This document shows positions 38,994-49,461 of a stretch of DNA of 64,000 nt, piece by piece. Position 1 is the first letter of the stretch; each line of letters opens with the position of its first letter. Position numbers and translations under genes: made by a program. Source of the stretch: Candidatus Latescibacterota bacterium (lineage in GTDB: Bacteria > Latescibacterota > UBA2968 > UBA8231); the NCBI GenBank assembly GCA_965217585.1, contig OZ244561.1, forward strand, positions 1,888,001 to 1,952,000. The letters are read 5' to 3'. The notes beneath the pieces were generated by a model that worked only from the letters and a program-made list of their open reading frames with translations, was not told the origin of the DNA and ran no database searches.

Positions 38994-40995
38994 ATTTGGA
39001 CCTAGACGAGTCGCATGGGGCCTGTGGGGTGTGTTCCTCGCTATGGCTTGGACGACGGTCGTCACAGCCGAGGTGCGTCACTTGGTCATCGGCCAAGGGG
39101 GTGTGCCTTGGGCGGACGTCGCGCAGGAGATCGCCGCCCTCGAGGATACGACCGCCCAGGGCAGTCTACAGCCGCGTCGGTTCCTGCCGGAGGAGAACAT
39201 CCTCCACGGAGGGACCGGCGATCTGGGACAAATCATCAACCTCCTCGGATTCACTTGGACGACTAGAAAGTCGGGGCAGGGCACCTCGGGGTTCAAGCTC
39301 AACCTGACGCCCCGCTTCTGGCGGATCCAAAGCGGGATACGGGGTGGCAACCCCTTGTTGATTGACGGGGATCCTCTCGGTGCTCTCACTCCTTTCTTCA
39401 CCCAGTGGACCTTCGATCTGGGCGTACCCATGCCCGTTTGGCGCATAGTCTTCTATGCGCCAAACGCAGGATACTCGGTCGCAGGAGAGGAGTTCAAGAA
39501 CTTGTTCCCGCGAGGCTACGAGATCACCGGCGCCCTCGAACCCACGGATCTGCTCCTGCTGGCCAATGAAACGTCCTACCACCCTCTGGACATCGAGATC
39601 GCCAAGAGCTTCAATAACCAACAACGGGTCGTCGATCTGTCGCTGCCGCCTACCATGATGCGCTTTCTTCGCTTCAATTTTAGCCTAGGCGTCTCTGGCG
39701 GGTTCACGGAGACCCTCTCCGAAATCGAGGCCTACGCCGACGGATATCCGACGCGAACCTGGTTCGTATCTTACCTACTCGATATGGGTGGGCCGTTCAA
39801 TTTCGGCCGCGTCAACTGGGACCTGACGCCCTTCCGGCAAATCGGTGACGAGGCCCTACTCGACTCCACGGCTCAGGTTCACCTGTCAATGCAAACGCGA
39901 ACCGGCCACGACGATACGCCTCTGGTCTACCACGTCATCACGCAGATCGGCCGCGAGCGCGAGGTCACCGAGGCGGAGTTCAACAAGGCCCTCCCGCCAA
40001 CCGCCACCGGGGTAGTACGTCCCGGACTCCGGGGCTCTGTAGTCAACGATGTCGACAACTGGTCCTTCTGGTCTTCGCCGAGCCGGACGTCCGGAGCACC
40101 CGTCCAGTCTCCTGATGGGCGTCGCTTCCTGCAGTTTCAGTTCACCATCGAGAGCGAGGATGTCCAGACCTTCGGCCGTCTCAATTCCATCGACTTTGAA
40201 ATCTCCGAGCTGCTGGCGAGCCGAGTCGTTGGGGAAGTGGCTCTACGGGACGATCCTCAACCGCTGGCCGGTATCGCCAGGACCGAGGTGGGTCGCGACA
40301 CGGTGTTCACCTTCGACCTGCGCGCCAGCTTCGCAGGCGACCAAGAAGGCTTCGACGCCGTACGGCTCTTCACGCCGTCAACGCCCGAATTCGTCGGCTT
40401 CGAAATGGGTGATCCCCTCGTTCCGGTTGAACCGGACAGCTTTCGTACGGCACCTCAGGAGTTGACCGTCTACTTCCCCTCTCACCGCGTCCAGCCGTCG
40501 GATAACCCGCCGGTGCGCATTCTCTTCCGAGGGGCGTCTTTGAGTTTCAGTTCGCACTTCACGGGAACTGTGCTCTCGACGACCGGCGAGGTGCTGCCGC
40601 AGTCGATCGATCCGGGTGATGCGAATCCCGACGTAACGACGAACGACATCGAGGTGCAGTCCGAGATCACCCGACTCGAAGTGATACCTAGTCTAGAATT
40701 GATTCCATCGGTGCTGACGCCAAACGGCGACGGGGTCAACGACGCAACGACGGTCTCCTTTGCGCTGCTCGGGGTCAAGGGGGTGAGAGTGAGTGTCGGC
40801 ATCTATGATCTGTCTGGCCGACTAGTACGCTCGTTGCTCGAGGACCAGCTAGATCAGGAGATCTACGGGATCAACTGGGACGGCATGTTGGACGATGGCC
40901 GCCTGGCGATGCCCGGACTCTACGCCTGTCGCGTGCGGGTCGAGACCCACGCGGGTCCGGTCGATAAACTGCGCATTGTCGCCGTGGCGTACTGA
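38980..40995 (+). CDS. Exported protein with TPNGDGxND/FlgD-Ig tail (module B, short type 2)
   Basis: Signal peptide; IG.GG.PW, FDLG.P.....FY, LSEIEAYADG, RTG.DDTP..Y, NWSFWS, LTPNGDGVND, IYDLSGRLVR. Confidence 0.82.
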   Translation: MSFIEFGPRRVAWGLWGVFLAMAWTTVVTAEVRHLVIGQGGVPWADVAQEIAALEDTTAQGSLQPRRFLPEENILHGGTGDLGQIINLLGFTWTTRKSGQGTSGFKLNLTPRFWRIQSGIRGGNPLLIDGDPLGALTPFFTQWTFDLGVPMPVWRIVFYAPNAGYSVAGEEFKNLFPRGYEITGALEPTDLLLLANETSYHPLDIEIAKSFNNQQRVVDLSLPPTMMRFLRFNFSLGVSGGFTETLSEIEAYADGYPTRTWFVSYLLDMGGPFNFGRVNWDLTPFRQIGDEALLDSTAQVHLSMQTRTGHDDTPLVYHVITQIGREREVTEAEFNKALPPTATGVVRPGLRGSVVNDVDNWSFWSSPSRTSGAPVQSPDGRRFLQFQFTIESEDVQTFGRLNSIDFEISELLASRVVGEVALRDDPQPLAGIARTEVGRDTVFTFDLRASFAGDQEGFDAVRLFTPSTPEFVGFEMGDPLVPVEPDSFRTAPQELTVYFPSHRVQPSDNPPVRILFRGASLSFSSHFTGTVLSTTGEVLPQSIDPGDANPDVTTNDIEVQSEITRLEVIPSLELIPSVLTPNGDGVNDATTVSFALLGVKGVRVSVGIYDLSGRLVRSLLEDQLDQEIYGINWDGMLDDGRLAMPGLYACRVRVETHAGPVDKLRIVAVAY

Positions 40996-41008
40996 GAGAG
41001 ATCATAAG

Positions 41009-43342
41009 ATGAACTATCGACATGGTACATGGACGCTGGCGCTGCTGTTTTTCCTGACTGCCCTAGGGCAGAGCGTCGAAGCGGGGACGTACCGGATCCA
41101 GAGTCGCGCCGCCTGGAAGACCTGGAGCCTGCCCGGCGACGCGGTGGTGCTGGCAAACGATGGCAGTATCCGTCTGCGTCGCTATCGGCACAGCATCAAT
41201 GCCGCGGCCAACGCCTTCGAGTTCGAGCACCTGACCAAGGATGATGGGCTGGTCTTCGGCGGGGTGCGACGGGTGGGGTCGGGCCAGACGACGGCGTCGC
41301 GCGTCATCGACAGCGACATCACGACCTGGTGGCAACCCTCGCCAAGTGACGATCTGGAGGACCTGTGGCTCGAAGTGGATCTCGGTCGGACTGTGATCGC
41401 CAACAGAATCCGGCTGGTGTTCCCAGATACCAGCGGTGCCCGTCCCTTTCGGGACTTCACGCTGTACACCGCCGAGGGCGCACGGACCAGTCTTAAAAAC
41501 GACGTCTTCCTGTTCACCCGAATCGGCAGTACGATTGAGCCCAACACCAAGACCGTCATCGACTACGACTTGAGCATCATTGATCCAGCCGGCGCGACCG
41601 GCGCGTATCTAGCCACGGGCGACACCCTGAGCTTCAATGTCGTGCAGTATATCCGCTTCGTGGTTGACAAGGCGCAGGCTGACGCCGCCTTGGCAGAGAT
41701 CGAAGTGTGGACGCCGGGCGATAACATTGCCCTCGGCACCCTGAACCGCGGCGGCAACATCGTCTCCGGGACCGACACGGAAGGCGTCGCTAGTGTAATG
41801 GACGGCGATATGAATGAATGGTGGTCGGTGACTGCCGAGCGGGACGCGGCGGGAGACTGGGAGTTTTCGGGAGCCTGGTACGAGTGGGACCTCGGCGCGA
41901 CCTTCTGGCTCGATCGCCACGTGGCGATCAGCTTCCGCGAAGGCTTCGGCACCTCCGGCGGCGGGAGCAACCGTCAACACGGCTTCATCATGTTCACGTC
42001 CGACGGCGAAGAACTGACCGGCTTCTCAGGGGATCGCGTCGAGAGCAACTTCGACTATGAGGAACTGACCGAGGTCGACAACCTCTTGGTCGCCCCGCCC
42101 CGTTACATCTATGACTTCCAGTTCCCAATGCGGCCGGTGCGCTACGTGTTCTACCACGTGGTCAACAAGTTCAACGCGAATGGGGATCCCTACAACCACT
42201 TCATCCGGCTCTGGGAGCACCTGTGGTTCGGTGGGGGGTACCCGGCGACCGTGGAGATGACCTCCGACTACATCAACCTCGGGGCGACCAAGAGCATCAC
42301 CAGCATCGAGTGGGATCTGGACGCGCCGCCGGAAGCATCCATCGAGCTGCGCTCCCGGACGGGGGATACCTTCATCATAGAAAGCAAGTACTACAACAAG
42401 GCGGGGGTGGAGATTCCCGTTGCGCTGTGGAACAAACTGCCCAAGTCGCAGAAGCAGCCCGTCGTGGAGATCAGACGCCCTGGTTCCGACTGGAGCACCT
42501 GGAGTCGCACCTACTTGCGGTCTGGTCAACCGTTCCTCTCGCCGAGCCCACGTAGCTTCGTGCAGTTGCAGGTTCGGTTGCTCAGCGACACTCCCGACAC
42601 CGCGGCGACCCTGCGGTCTATCGCCATCAACTTCGAGGATCCCCTCCTGCGCGGCGGCGTGACCGGCCGGATCCTACCCCGCGAGGCAGGACTCGACTCG
42701 CTCCAACGCTTCGACTACCTCATCAAGCCGGCTATCGGCGCCGGGCCGGGCTTCAATCAGGTCCTCATCCTCGTGCCCCGCCCGGTCGATAATGTGACGA
42801 TCCGCATCGGGGAAAACGACGCAGAACCGATCGCCGTTGAGATGCGGGACGACTCCCTGAGCGTCACCTTGCCGACATTCAATCGCCGCGACCCGGTGAC
42901 GATCTCCTTTGCAACCCGGCTGATCGAGGCCGCGACCCGCTTCGACGCCTGGGTGCGGAATTCGGACACGGGTGTTTTGCAGGGCGTGCGAGAAGAGGAG
43001 GCGGGCCTGACATCCGTGTACGTACCCGCCGCTGCGGGGGGCCGCTTGATCCGCAACCTCGACCTGAGTCCTAACCTTGTGACGCCAAACGGAGATGGGG
43101 TCAACGATCAGCTCGAGATCCGCTTCCTCCTGACCAAGGTCCGCGCCGAACCCGACGTCGAGATCTTCTCGTTGAGTGGGCAGTTGGTTCGCGTCCTCGA
43201 GGCAGCCGATGGGATCCATGCCTGGGACGGGAGGAATCAGGCGGGCAAGTTAGTACCTCCAGGCGCGTATATCTGCCAGCTTCGCGTCTCTGCTGATGCC
43301 GGCGATGAGGTTCTGCACCGAATCATCGATGTAGCCTACTGA
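41009..43342 (+). CDS. Exported protein: two discoidin-like domains plus TPNGDGxND/FlgD-Ig tail (module B, long type)
   Basis: Signal peptide; W..W..P...DG..R...INA..NA.EF, D.DITTWW, WLEVDLGR, SPSPR, VTPNGDGVND. Homolog of 22306-24648. Confidence 0.82.
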   Translation: MNYRHGTWTLALLFFLTALGQSVEAGTYRIQSRAAWKTWSLPGDAVVLANDGSIRLRRYRHSINAAANAFEFEHLTKDDGLVFGGVRRVGSGQTTASRVIDSDITTWWQPSPSDDLEDLWLEVDLGRTVIANRIRLVFPDTSGARPFRDFTLYTAEGARTSLKNDVFLFTRIGSTIEPNTKTVIDYDLSIIDPAGATGAYLATGDTLSFNVVQYIRFVVDKAQADAALAEIEVWTPGDNIALGTLNRGGNIVSGTDTEGVASVMDGDMNEWWSVTAERDAAGDWEFSGAWYEWDLGATFWLDRHVAISFREGFGTSGGGSNRQHGFIMFTSDGEELTGFSGDRVESNFDYEELTEVDNLLVAPPRYIYDFQFPMRPVRYVFYHVVNKFNANGDPYNHFIRLWEHLWFGGGYPATVEMTSDYINLGATKSITSIEWDLDAPPEASIELRSRTGDTFIIESKYYNKAGVEIPVALWNKLPKSQKQPVVEIRRPGSDWSTWSRTYLRSGQPFLSPSPRSFVQLQVRLLSDTPDTAATLRSIAINFEDPLLRGGVTGRILPREAGLDSLQRFDYLIKPAIGAGPGFNQVLILVPRPVDNVTIRIGENDAEPIAVEMRDDSLSVTLPTFNRRDPVTISFATRLIEAATRFDAWVRNSDTGVLQGVREEEAGLTSVYVPAAAGGRLIRNLDLSPNLVTPNGDGVNDQLEIRFLLTKVRAEPDVEIFSLSGQLVRVLEAADGIHAWDGRNQAGKLVPPGAYICQLRVSADAGDEVLHRIIDVAY

Positions 43343-43347
43343 GAGAG

Positions 43348-46005
43348 ATGGTCATGGGTATAGGTAAAAAGACTCGGTCAACGGTCATTGCAGCCGTTTT
43401 GATGTTATTAGTTCTGCAGGGGCGAGTTGCCGCTGACTTAGCGGCAGGTTTTTTCGACCCCTATGTCACGTCCGGTCCGCGCGTCTCTGCGGAGACGATC
43501 GCCCCTGTGCTGCGGAAGTGGTATCTGCCCCAGACCCTCTACCAGATGTATGAGTGGAAGAACTGGGAGTACACCAACTACGCGCGCCGCCAGTACAGCC
43601 GCTACGTGAATACCGAACTCGAGGGTGATCGCTACTACGATCTCTACGGCAACTACATCACCCGGGGCTGGCGAATTTACGAGTGGAGCCAGGCGCAGCC
43701 GACGGAGCTCGGAAGCGGCGTGTTCAAGTCGCCAGAGTTTGGCTCTTGGTTCAACCGTCTCGTGGTCTCGTCCACTTCTCAAGGGCAGTTCCATTCGTCC
43801 TTCATGGTAGGTGAGTTGATACGAACAACCCTGACACCGATGACTTTCTCGAAGCCTCTCTTTGACGGTGTCCAGTGGGATTTGGCGACGGACAAGTACG
43901 AGATGACTCTGCTGGCTTCTCGTGCCAACAATCCAGCGCCCGTGGCTATCTCGCGCGACAATCCGTCCTCGGCGACGACGGTATTCACCAATCTGCTCGG
44001 CTGGCGTGGTATCATGCAGATGGGGGACTTCCTGAAGCTTGGCGGTACCTACGTGAACGCCGGGCACTGGAACAGCAACCTCAACGTGACACAGAATTCG
44101 ATGAAGGGGACGCTCTCGGGCCGTCTGAATACGGGAAATGTCCGCCGTCTCGTCGTGCGTCTGTCCGATGATTCACCCGAGGACGGAGTCGGTGGCACCC
44201 TTCTGTACCGCGAGCGAATCTTCATCGACGGCGTCGAGCATCCGGAGATCAAGCCCCTCGTCGACGGCGGCGTACAGCGGCGGGGGCTCATCGAGGCCAG
44301 CGGTGGCGATGTCGTTCTGCTGACATACGACATCGAGCGCGACTTCTTCCCGACCCTTGAGGACTCGATCACGGATCTCAAGGAGATCCGCCGGATTGAG
44401 GTCGAGTTGGTCGTGGCCAACGATTACTTCGTGGAGATGACGTCGAACCTGCAGACGAACAACACCGGCGAGCCGGTGTTCCTGCCCCAGGCGAGGGCCG
44501 CCGGCAACATCCGGGACGGGTCGAATCAGCAAGTCCTGCGCTTCGACTATGGACTGCCGACAGCCAACGAGATCCTTGGGATGACTTTCGAGGTCTCGGA
44601 CCTGGCCGGATTCAACCTGCGAGGCGAGTTCGACCTCAACCGCCGGTTCCGCCGGTTCCCGAATGAGGGCATCACTCGCAATCAGCAACTAGCCAAGAAC
44701 CAAGCTCAGGCCTACTACGTGACGGCTTCGCAGATGCGGTATCCGTGGTTCGTCTATGGCGAAGCCTTCAGTATGGACCCCGACTATAACACGAGCATGT
44801 TCATCCCCGACTCTCGCGGCGTCGTAAACTACGAGAACGAACTCGTGTACTTGTACGAGTTCATCGACGACAACGATGACCAGGACCGGTACCCTGATTG
44901 GAAACGGCGCTACACCGGGGGCGGAAGCTCCGATACGGATTTGCAGTTCTCCGATCGCGAAGTCTTTCCCGGGTACGACGAGAACAACGATCTCGTGTCC
45001 GACTTCAACCAGAACGACAACTCCCAGCCTGACTACGTGGAGCCCTTCATTCGCTACCGAGTAGATCCGTTGGAGTTCCTGTTTGGCACGGACATGAACA
45101 ACAACACGATCATCGACCGGTTCGAGAACGACCGCGAGCCCGACTTTCCCTACAAGCGGGATCACGAGGGCTACAATGTCTACGTCGGCGTCGAGATCAC
45201 GCCGGGCAGCCGCGTGATGATCGGTCGTTTCCGAGAGGACCAGTTGGGCAGTAACCGACGCAGCAAGTCGACCTATGGCATGCTGACCTGGGCAGCAGAC
45301 TATCCAAGTCACGGCCTAGAGCTCCAGTACTTCGACTTCCTGCGGAGCGTCCAAGACAACATCCCCGACGACGTGATCATGTGGGTCCAGCCCCCTCTGT
45401 CTGGCGGCGGGATGGAGGATGTTCTCGACCCGCTGATCGCTCAGGATGCCCTGACCAACACGGCTTATCTGCAGGCCGACTACCTGCGTTGGGCACCGCT
45501 GAACCTGCACGCGAAGCTGAAGCACGAGGTCTACCATCAGCGCGGGGATCAGGGGGAAATTAATCGGGATCAGCATCTGCTCGGTCTGGTCACCAAGGCC
45601 GACTACAATATCGACATAGGTCCGCTATGGAAAATTCAGCCCAAGTGGAAACAGCTCTACATGCGCAAGACGCCCGCCCAGCGCGACCAGCTCAAAACGC
45701 AGGAGTTGGCACAGATCTTCTTCCTCGTGAGCCAGAACGAGCTTACGAATACGCTCTGGCTCGAGTCTGGCCTCGAGTACGAGATTTTCCGCAATCTCAG
45801 GTCGCGGCCGGACCCAGTACCGGTGGGCTATCTCGATGACTTCAGGCAGTTTGTGCTAGCAGCGCAGTTCACGAACGCGTCCGCCTACCTCGGATACCAA
45901 CTCACGGCGAATATCGGATGCCGCTGGGAACGGCGCGATTTCCGCGACGAGTCAGAGTCGAACACGGTGATCTTTCTGAGGATGATTGCCGGCCTCCAAG
46001 AGTGA
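43348..46005 (+). CDS. Large exported, probable outer-membrane protein with Asp-rich repeats (module B)
   Basis: Collinear with 24687-27302 (KWY..Q.LY, NYAR..Y.RYV, YDLYG.Y.T.GW.IYEW.Q, IRTTLTPMTFSKP.F, DDSPEDG, TSNLQTN, FDYGLPT.NEI, DDNDDQDR.PDW). Ends ..MIAGLQE. Confidence 0.75.
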   Translation: MVMGIGKKTRSTVIAAVLMLLVLQGRVAADLAAGFFDPYVTSGPRVSAETIAPVLRKWYLPQTLYQMYEWKNWEYTNYARRQYSRYVNTELEGDRYYDLYGNYITRGWRIYEWSQAQPTELGSGVFKSPEFGSWFNRLVVSSTSQGQFHSSFMVGELIRTTLTPMTFSKPLFDGVQWDLATDKYEMTLLASRANNPAPVAISRDNPSSATTVFTNLLGWRGIMQMGDFLKLGGTYVNAGHWNSNLNVTQNSMKGTLSGRLNTGNVRRLVVRLSDDSPEDGVGGTLLYRERIFIDGVEHPEIKPLVDGGVQRRGLIEASGGDVVLLTYDIERDFFPTLEDSITDLKEIRRIEVELVVANDYFVEMTSNLQTNNTGEPVFLPQARAAGNIRDGSNQQVLRFDYGLPTANEILGMTFEVSDLAGFNLRGEFDLNRRFRRFPNEGITRNQQLAKNQAQAYYVTASQMRYPWFVYGEAFSMDPDYNTSMFIPDSRGVVNYENELVYLYEFIDDNDDQDRYPDWKRRYTGGGSSDTDLQFSDREVFPGYDENNDLVSDFNQNDNSQPDYVEPFIRYRVDPLEFLFGTDMNNNTIIDRFENDREPDFPYKRDHEGYNVYVGVEITPGSRVMIGRFREDQLGSNRRSKSTYGMLTWAADYPSHGLELQYFDFLRSVQDNIPDDVIMWVQPPLSGGGMEDVLDPLIAQDALTNTAYLQADYLRWAPLNLHAKLKHEVYHQRGDQGEINRDQHLLGLVTKADYNIDIGPLWKIQPKWKQLYMRKTPAQRDQLKTQELAQIFFLVSQNELTNTLWLESGLEYEIFRNLRSRPDPVPVGYLDDFRQFVLAAQFTNASAYLGYQLTANIGCRWERRDFRDESESNTVIFLRMIAGLQE

Positions 46006-46078
46006 GAGGCATGCCGCTGCGTTTGGTTGACTACCTGCTGCCCAACCTAGTGGACTCCTAGCAAAATTCAGGGGGCGT

Positions 46079-47872
46079 TTGCACCTGCCAGCCAAAGTGA
46101 TCGGACCCCCGCCAAGCCGCCGACAGCCCGCCAGTTGGTTGTTCGGGGGGCTCCTGCTTGCCAGTCTGGTGGGAGGCGGATGTGGGGACGAGGACGCAGA
46201 ACCGGAAGCGGACGGGGACGAGCTAATTGGGGCCCAGTACGTGGACATAACCGCCGAGGCTGGGATCGATTTCTCCCACGTAAATGGAGCCAGTGGTCGT
46301 TATTATTACGTGGAGACGTACGGGTCGGGCGCTGCCTTCCTCGACTTTGATGCAGACGGTCATCAGGATCTCTACGTCGTCAACAGCGGCCCTCTGCCGG
46401 GTTTTGCGGTTGAGGGCGAGGGCGAGCCGCCGGCAAATGTCCTCTACCGCAACGACGGGGCTGGATCGTTCCAAAATGTGACAGCCGCCGCCGGCGTAGG
46501 GGATCGATCATACGGGATGGGAACATGTGCCGGGGACATCGACAACGACGGCTACGTGGACCTGTATGTCACGAACTTCGGTGCCAATGTCCTCTACCGG
46601 AACCACGGGAACGGTACGTTCACCGATGTCACCGACGACGCCGGTGTCGGTGACGAGCGCGTCGGTTCAAGCGCTGCTTTCGCCGATTGGGACCGGGACG
46701 GCGACCTCGATCTCTACGTGGCGAACTACGCCAAGTTCTCCGTGGACGCGGATCAGGCCTGTTTTCAGGGGAAGATCCGGGTCTACTGTGATCCAGCGCA
46801 ATACGAGGGAGACTCGGGCGTGTTCTACCGGAACGACGGTACCTGGCGCTTTGCCGACGTGACGCGGGAAGTGGGTGGCTACACCGAGGCGGGCCGACAA
46901 CTCGGAGTCGTCTTCGGCGACTACGATGATGACGGGGACGCGGACCTCTACGTTGCCAACGACGGCATGGCCAACTTCCTCTTCAACAACGACGGGAAGG
47001 GCTTCTTCACGGAGGTGGGAATGGTCTCGGGCGTGGCCCTGAACAATGGAGGACGTCCCGAGGCCGGCATGGGGACCGACTTCGGGGACTACGACGGCGA
47101 TGGCGATTTCGATCTGGTTGTCTGCAACTTTCAATGGGAGAACAACCGGCTCTACCGCAACGAAGGCAAGGGGTTCTTCTTTGATGCCACGGCCCTGACC
47201 CGGGTCGGCGCGGCAACGCTTCCCGTGCTGACCTTCGGGACGGATTTCTATGACTACGACAACGACGGCGACCTCGATCTTTTCATGGCCAACGGGCACG
47301 TGAACGACAAGGCCCAACTCTTTGACCAAGCCGTCACGTTCGCGCAACAGGACCAGTTGTTTCGCAACGAGGGAGACGGCACCTTCACCGACGTGACACA
47401 GCAGTCGGGGCCCGGCCTGCAATGGCAGCTCGTCGGACGCGGTGCGGCCCTGAGCGACTACGACAACGACGGTGACACGGACCTCTACGTATGCAACAAC
47501 AATGGCCCTGGTATCCTGCTGCAGAATGACGGCGGCAACCGCGGCCACTGGATCACGGTGAAGACGGTCGGTACAGTGAGCAATCGCGACGGGATCGGCG
47601 CGCGGATCACTGTGCGGGCCGGAGACCTAGTGATGATCGAGGAGGTGCGCAGCGGCAGCGGTTATCTGTCGCAGAACGATCTCAGGGTTCACTTCGGCCT
47701 AGGCGAGAGGACGATGGTCGATGAGATCTGCATCCGCTGGCCCAGCGGGATCGTACAGACGATTGGGCCGGTGCGCGTTGACCAATTCCTCATCGCCACT
47801 GAGCCGGCGGGGATAGAGCCCTATTCGGTCCACGCAGCCGGCCGAGAGCCTTCGTGTCATCCTTCCCGCTAG
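46079..47872 (+). CDS. CRTAC1-like FG-GAP/ASPIC-UnbV protein (module B); start uncertain
   Basis: DxDNDGDxDLYV repeats, NRDGIGARI, GSGYLSQNDLRVHFGLG, IRWPSG. Possible lipobox GGGC. Confidence 0.88.
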   Translation: MHLPAKVIGPPPSRRQPASWLFGGLLLASLVGGGCGDEDAEPEADGDELIGAQYVDITAEAGIDFSHVNGASGRYYYVETYGSGAAFLDFDADGHQDLYVVNSGPLPGFAVEGEGEPPANVLYRNDGAGSFQNVTAAAGVGDRSYGMGTCAGDIDNDGYVDLYVTNFGANVLYRNHGNGTFTDVTDDAGVGDERVGSSAAFADWDRDGDLDLYVANYAKFSVDADQACFQGKIRVYCDPAQYEGDSGVFYRNDGTWRFADVTREVGGYTEAGRQLGVVFGDYDDDGDADLYVANDGMANFLFNNDGKGFFTEVGMVSGVALNNGGRPEAGMGTDFGDYDGDGDFDLVVCNFQWENNRLYRNEGKGFFFDATALTRVGAATLPVLTFGTDFYDYDNDGDLDLFMANGHVNDKAQLFDQAVTFAQQDQLFRNEGDGTFTDVTQQSGPGLQWQLVGRGAALSDYDNDGDTDLYVCNNNGPGILLQNDGGNRGHWITVKTVGTVSNRDGIGARITVRAGDLVMIEEVRSGSGYLSQNDLRVHFGLGERTMVDEICIRWPSGIVQTIGPVRVDQFLIATEPAGIEPYSVHAAGREPSCHPSR

Positions 47873-49389
47873 TCGTTTGTTGCATGGCAGGGGTCCTAAC
47901 CCTGCTGGCCGGGCTCGGATGCGAAACGGAGCCGGCTGACCCCGCGGTCCATCTAGCCGCCAGTCGGCAGGCCGTCGAGAGCGACCCGGACGACCTCGAT
48001 GCTCGCTACGAGTTAGGTGTGGCAGCGCTGGAGGCCGGCTCCCATCGCGAAGCGCTGGCTTACTTTGATCGCATTCTGCGCGCGGATTCGAGTCACGTCG
48101 GGTCGTGGTCTGGCACTGGCCAAGTCCTGTCCCTCCTTGGCCAGGAGGATAGGGCTATGGCTGCCTTCCGCCGTGCCCTCTCTCTTAATCCCGACGATGT
48201 GGCCGCTCACCGCGGACTGGGACTGATCGCTCTGCACCAACAGCGATACGCAGAAGCGCGCCAGTCGTATGGCCGTGCCGTCGAACTGATGCCCGGACAC
48301 GCACCGTCCCGCTACAATCTTGGAGTGGCCTACTCCAAGGCGAGCGCCTACGAAGAGGCCGTGCGTCAGATGCGGCAGGCGATCGAACTGGACGAGGAGT
48401 ATGTCCTGCCCTACATCGCCCTCGGCAGGATATACTGCGCCAAGCTGGGAGACTGTGAGGAAGGTATCCGACTTCTGCGGCAGGCGCTGGAACACCTCCC
48501 CGACGAGCCCCTGCTGCACACGGAGTTCGGTAGTGCCGAGTTGCAGCTCGGACGCGCCGATCAGGCGGTGGCGGCCTTCCAGCGGGCCCTGCGTCTGGAT
48601 TCGGTCGCCGTCGAGGCCCACGTCGGCCTCGGGACAGCGCAGGCGCAACTCGGCCAGTGGGCGGCGTCCGAGGCGGCTCTGCAGCGCGCCGTCGAGTTGA
48701 ACCCAGTCTTCCCGGAGGCTCACTATCAGCTCTCCCTGCTTTTCATGAGACAGGGCCGGACCACCGAGGCGAAACGGAAGATGGAGACTTTCGAGCGCAT
48801 CAATGTCTACTTCGATCGGATCCGCCACTACCGCTCCCTGCTGGCCGACGATGCGCGTAACGTCGATGCCCTGATCGGCTTGGGCACGATCCTATCGCGA
48901 CTCGGCATGCCGGCACGGGCGGCCGCGCAGTACGAAAAGGCACTGGCCGTTGCGCCAAGCCACGCCGAGGCCTGGCACAACTTGGGCAGCGCCTACTTCC
49001 GTCTCGGCCGGCTGGAGGAGGCGATCCAAGCCTATCGGCGGGCAGTGGACCTAGTGGATGGGTACGCCCAAGCTTGGACCAATCTGGGAACCGCGCAGCT
49101 AGTAGCGGGAGAGACGGTGGCGGCACGCAGCTCGTTTCAACGAGCCCTTGCCTTGGCACCCGATGCTGCCGATGCCTACAGCGGCCTAGGAAACGCGCAT
49201 CTACGCGAAGGGGATCCCCGTGCGGCGATCAGACGCTTCCAAGAGGCGCTGCGGCTAGATTCCGCCCTGACCAGCGGGCACTACGGCTTGGCGATGGCGT
49301 ATGGTGCGTTGGGCGATACGGTCCGGGCGGCACAGCAGCTACGGTTCTTCCAGCGATATGCAGAACTGCAGCCAGCAAGCGCGCCTTGA
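47854..49389 (+). CDS. TPR-repeat (lipo)protein
   Basis: More than 10 TPR units (A.YNLG..Y..G..EEA...Y.RA); LAGLGC lipobox-like sequence. Confidence 0.88.
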   Translation: MSSFPLVVCCMAGVLTLLAGLGCETEPADPAVHLAASRQAVESDPDDLDARYELGVAALEAGSHREALAYFDRILRADSSHVGSWSGTGQVLSLLGQEDRAMAAFRRALSLNPDDVAAHRGLGLIALHQQRYAEARQSYGRAVELMPGHAPSRYNLGVAYSKASAYEEAVRQMRQAIELDEEYVLPYIALGRIYCAKLGDCEEGIRLLRQALEHLPDEPLLHTEFGSAELQLGRADQAVAAFQRALRLDSVAVEAHVGLGTAQAQLGQWAASEAALQRAVELNPVFPEAHYQLSLLFMRQGRTTEAKRKMETFERINVYFDRIRHYRSLLADDARNVDALIGLGTILSRLGMPARAAAQYEKALAVAPSHAEAWHNLGSAYFRLGRLEEAIQAYRRAVDLVDGYAQAWTNLGTAQLVAGETVAARSSFQRALALAPDAADAYSGLGNAHLREGDPRAAIRRFQEALRLDSALTSGHYGLAMAYGALGDTVRAAQQLRFFQRYAELQPASAP

Positions 49390-49461
49390 ACGCCTTGTTT
49401 CTAGGCTCTGATCCGTGGTGCCACCTATCTCTGGATATAACACAGACTAAGAGGACGCAGT

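Noticed and set aside
13934-47872. Recurrent DNA words such as gactacgacaacgacggcga as a possible CRISPR or repeat array
   Set aside because: They encode FG-GAP (DYDNDGD) protein repeats, with irregular spacing and no cas genes.
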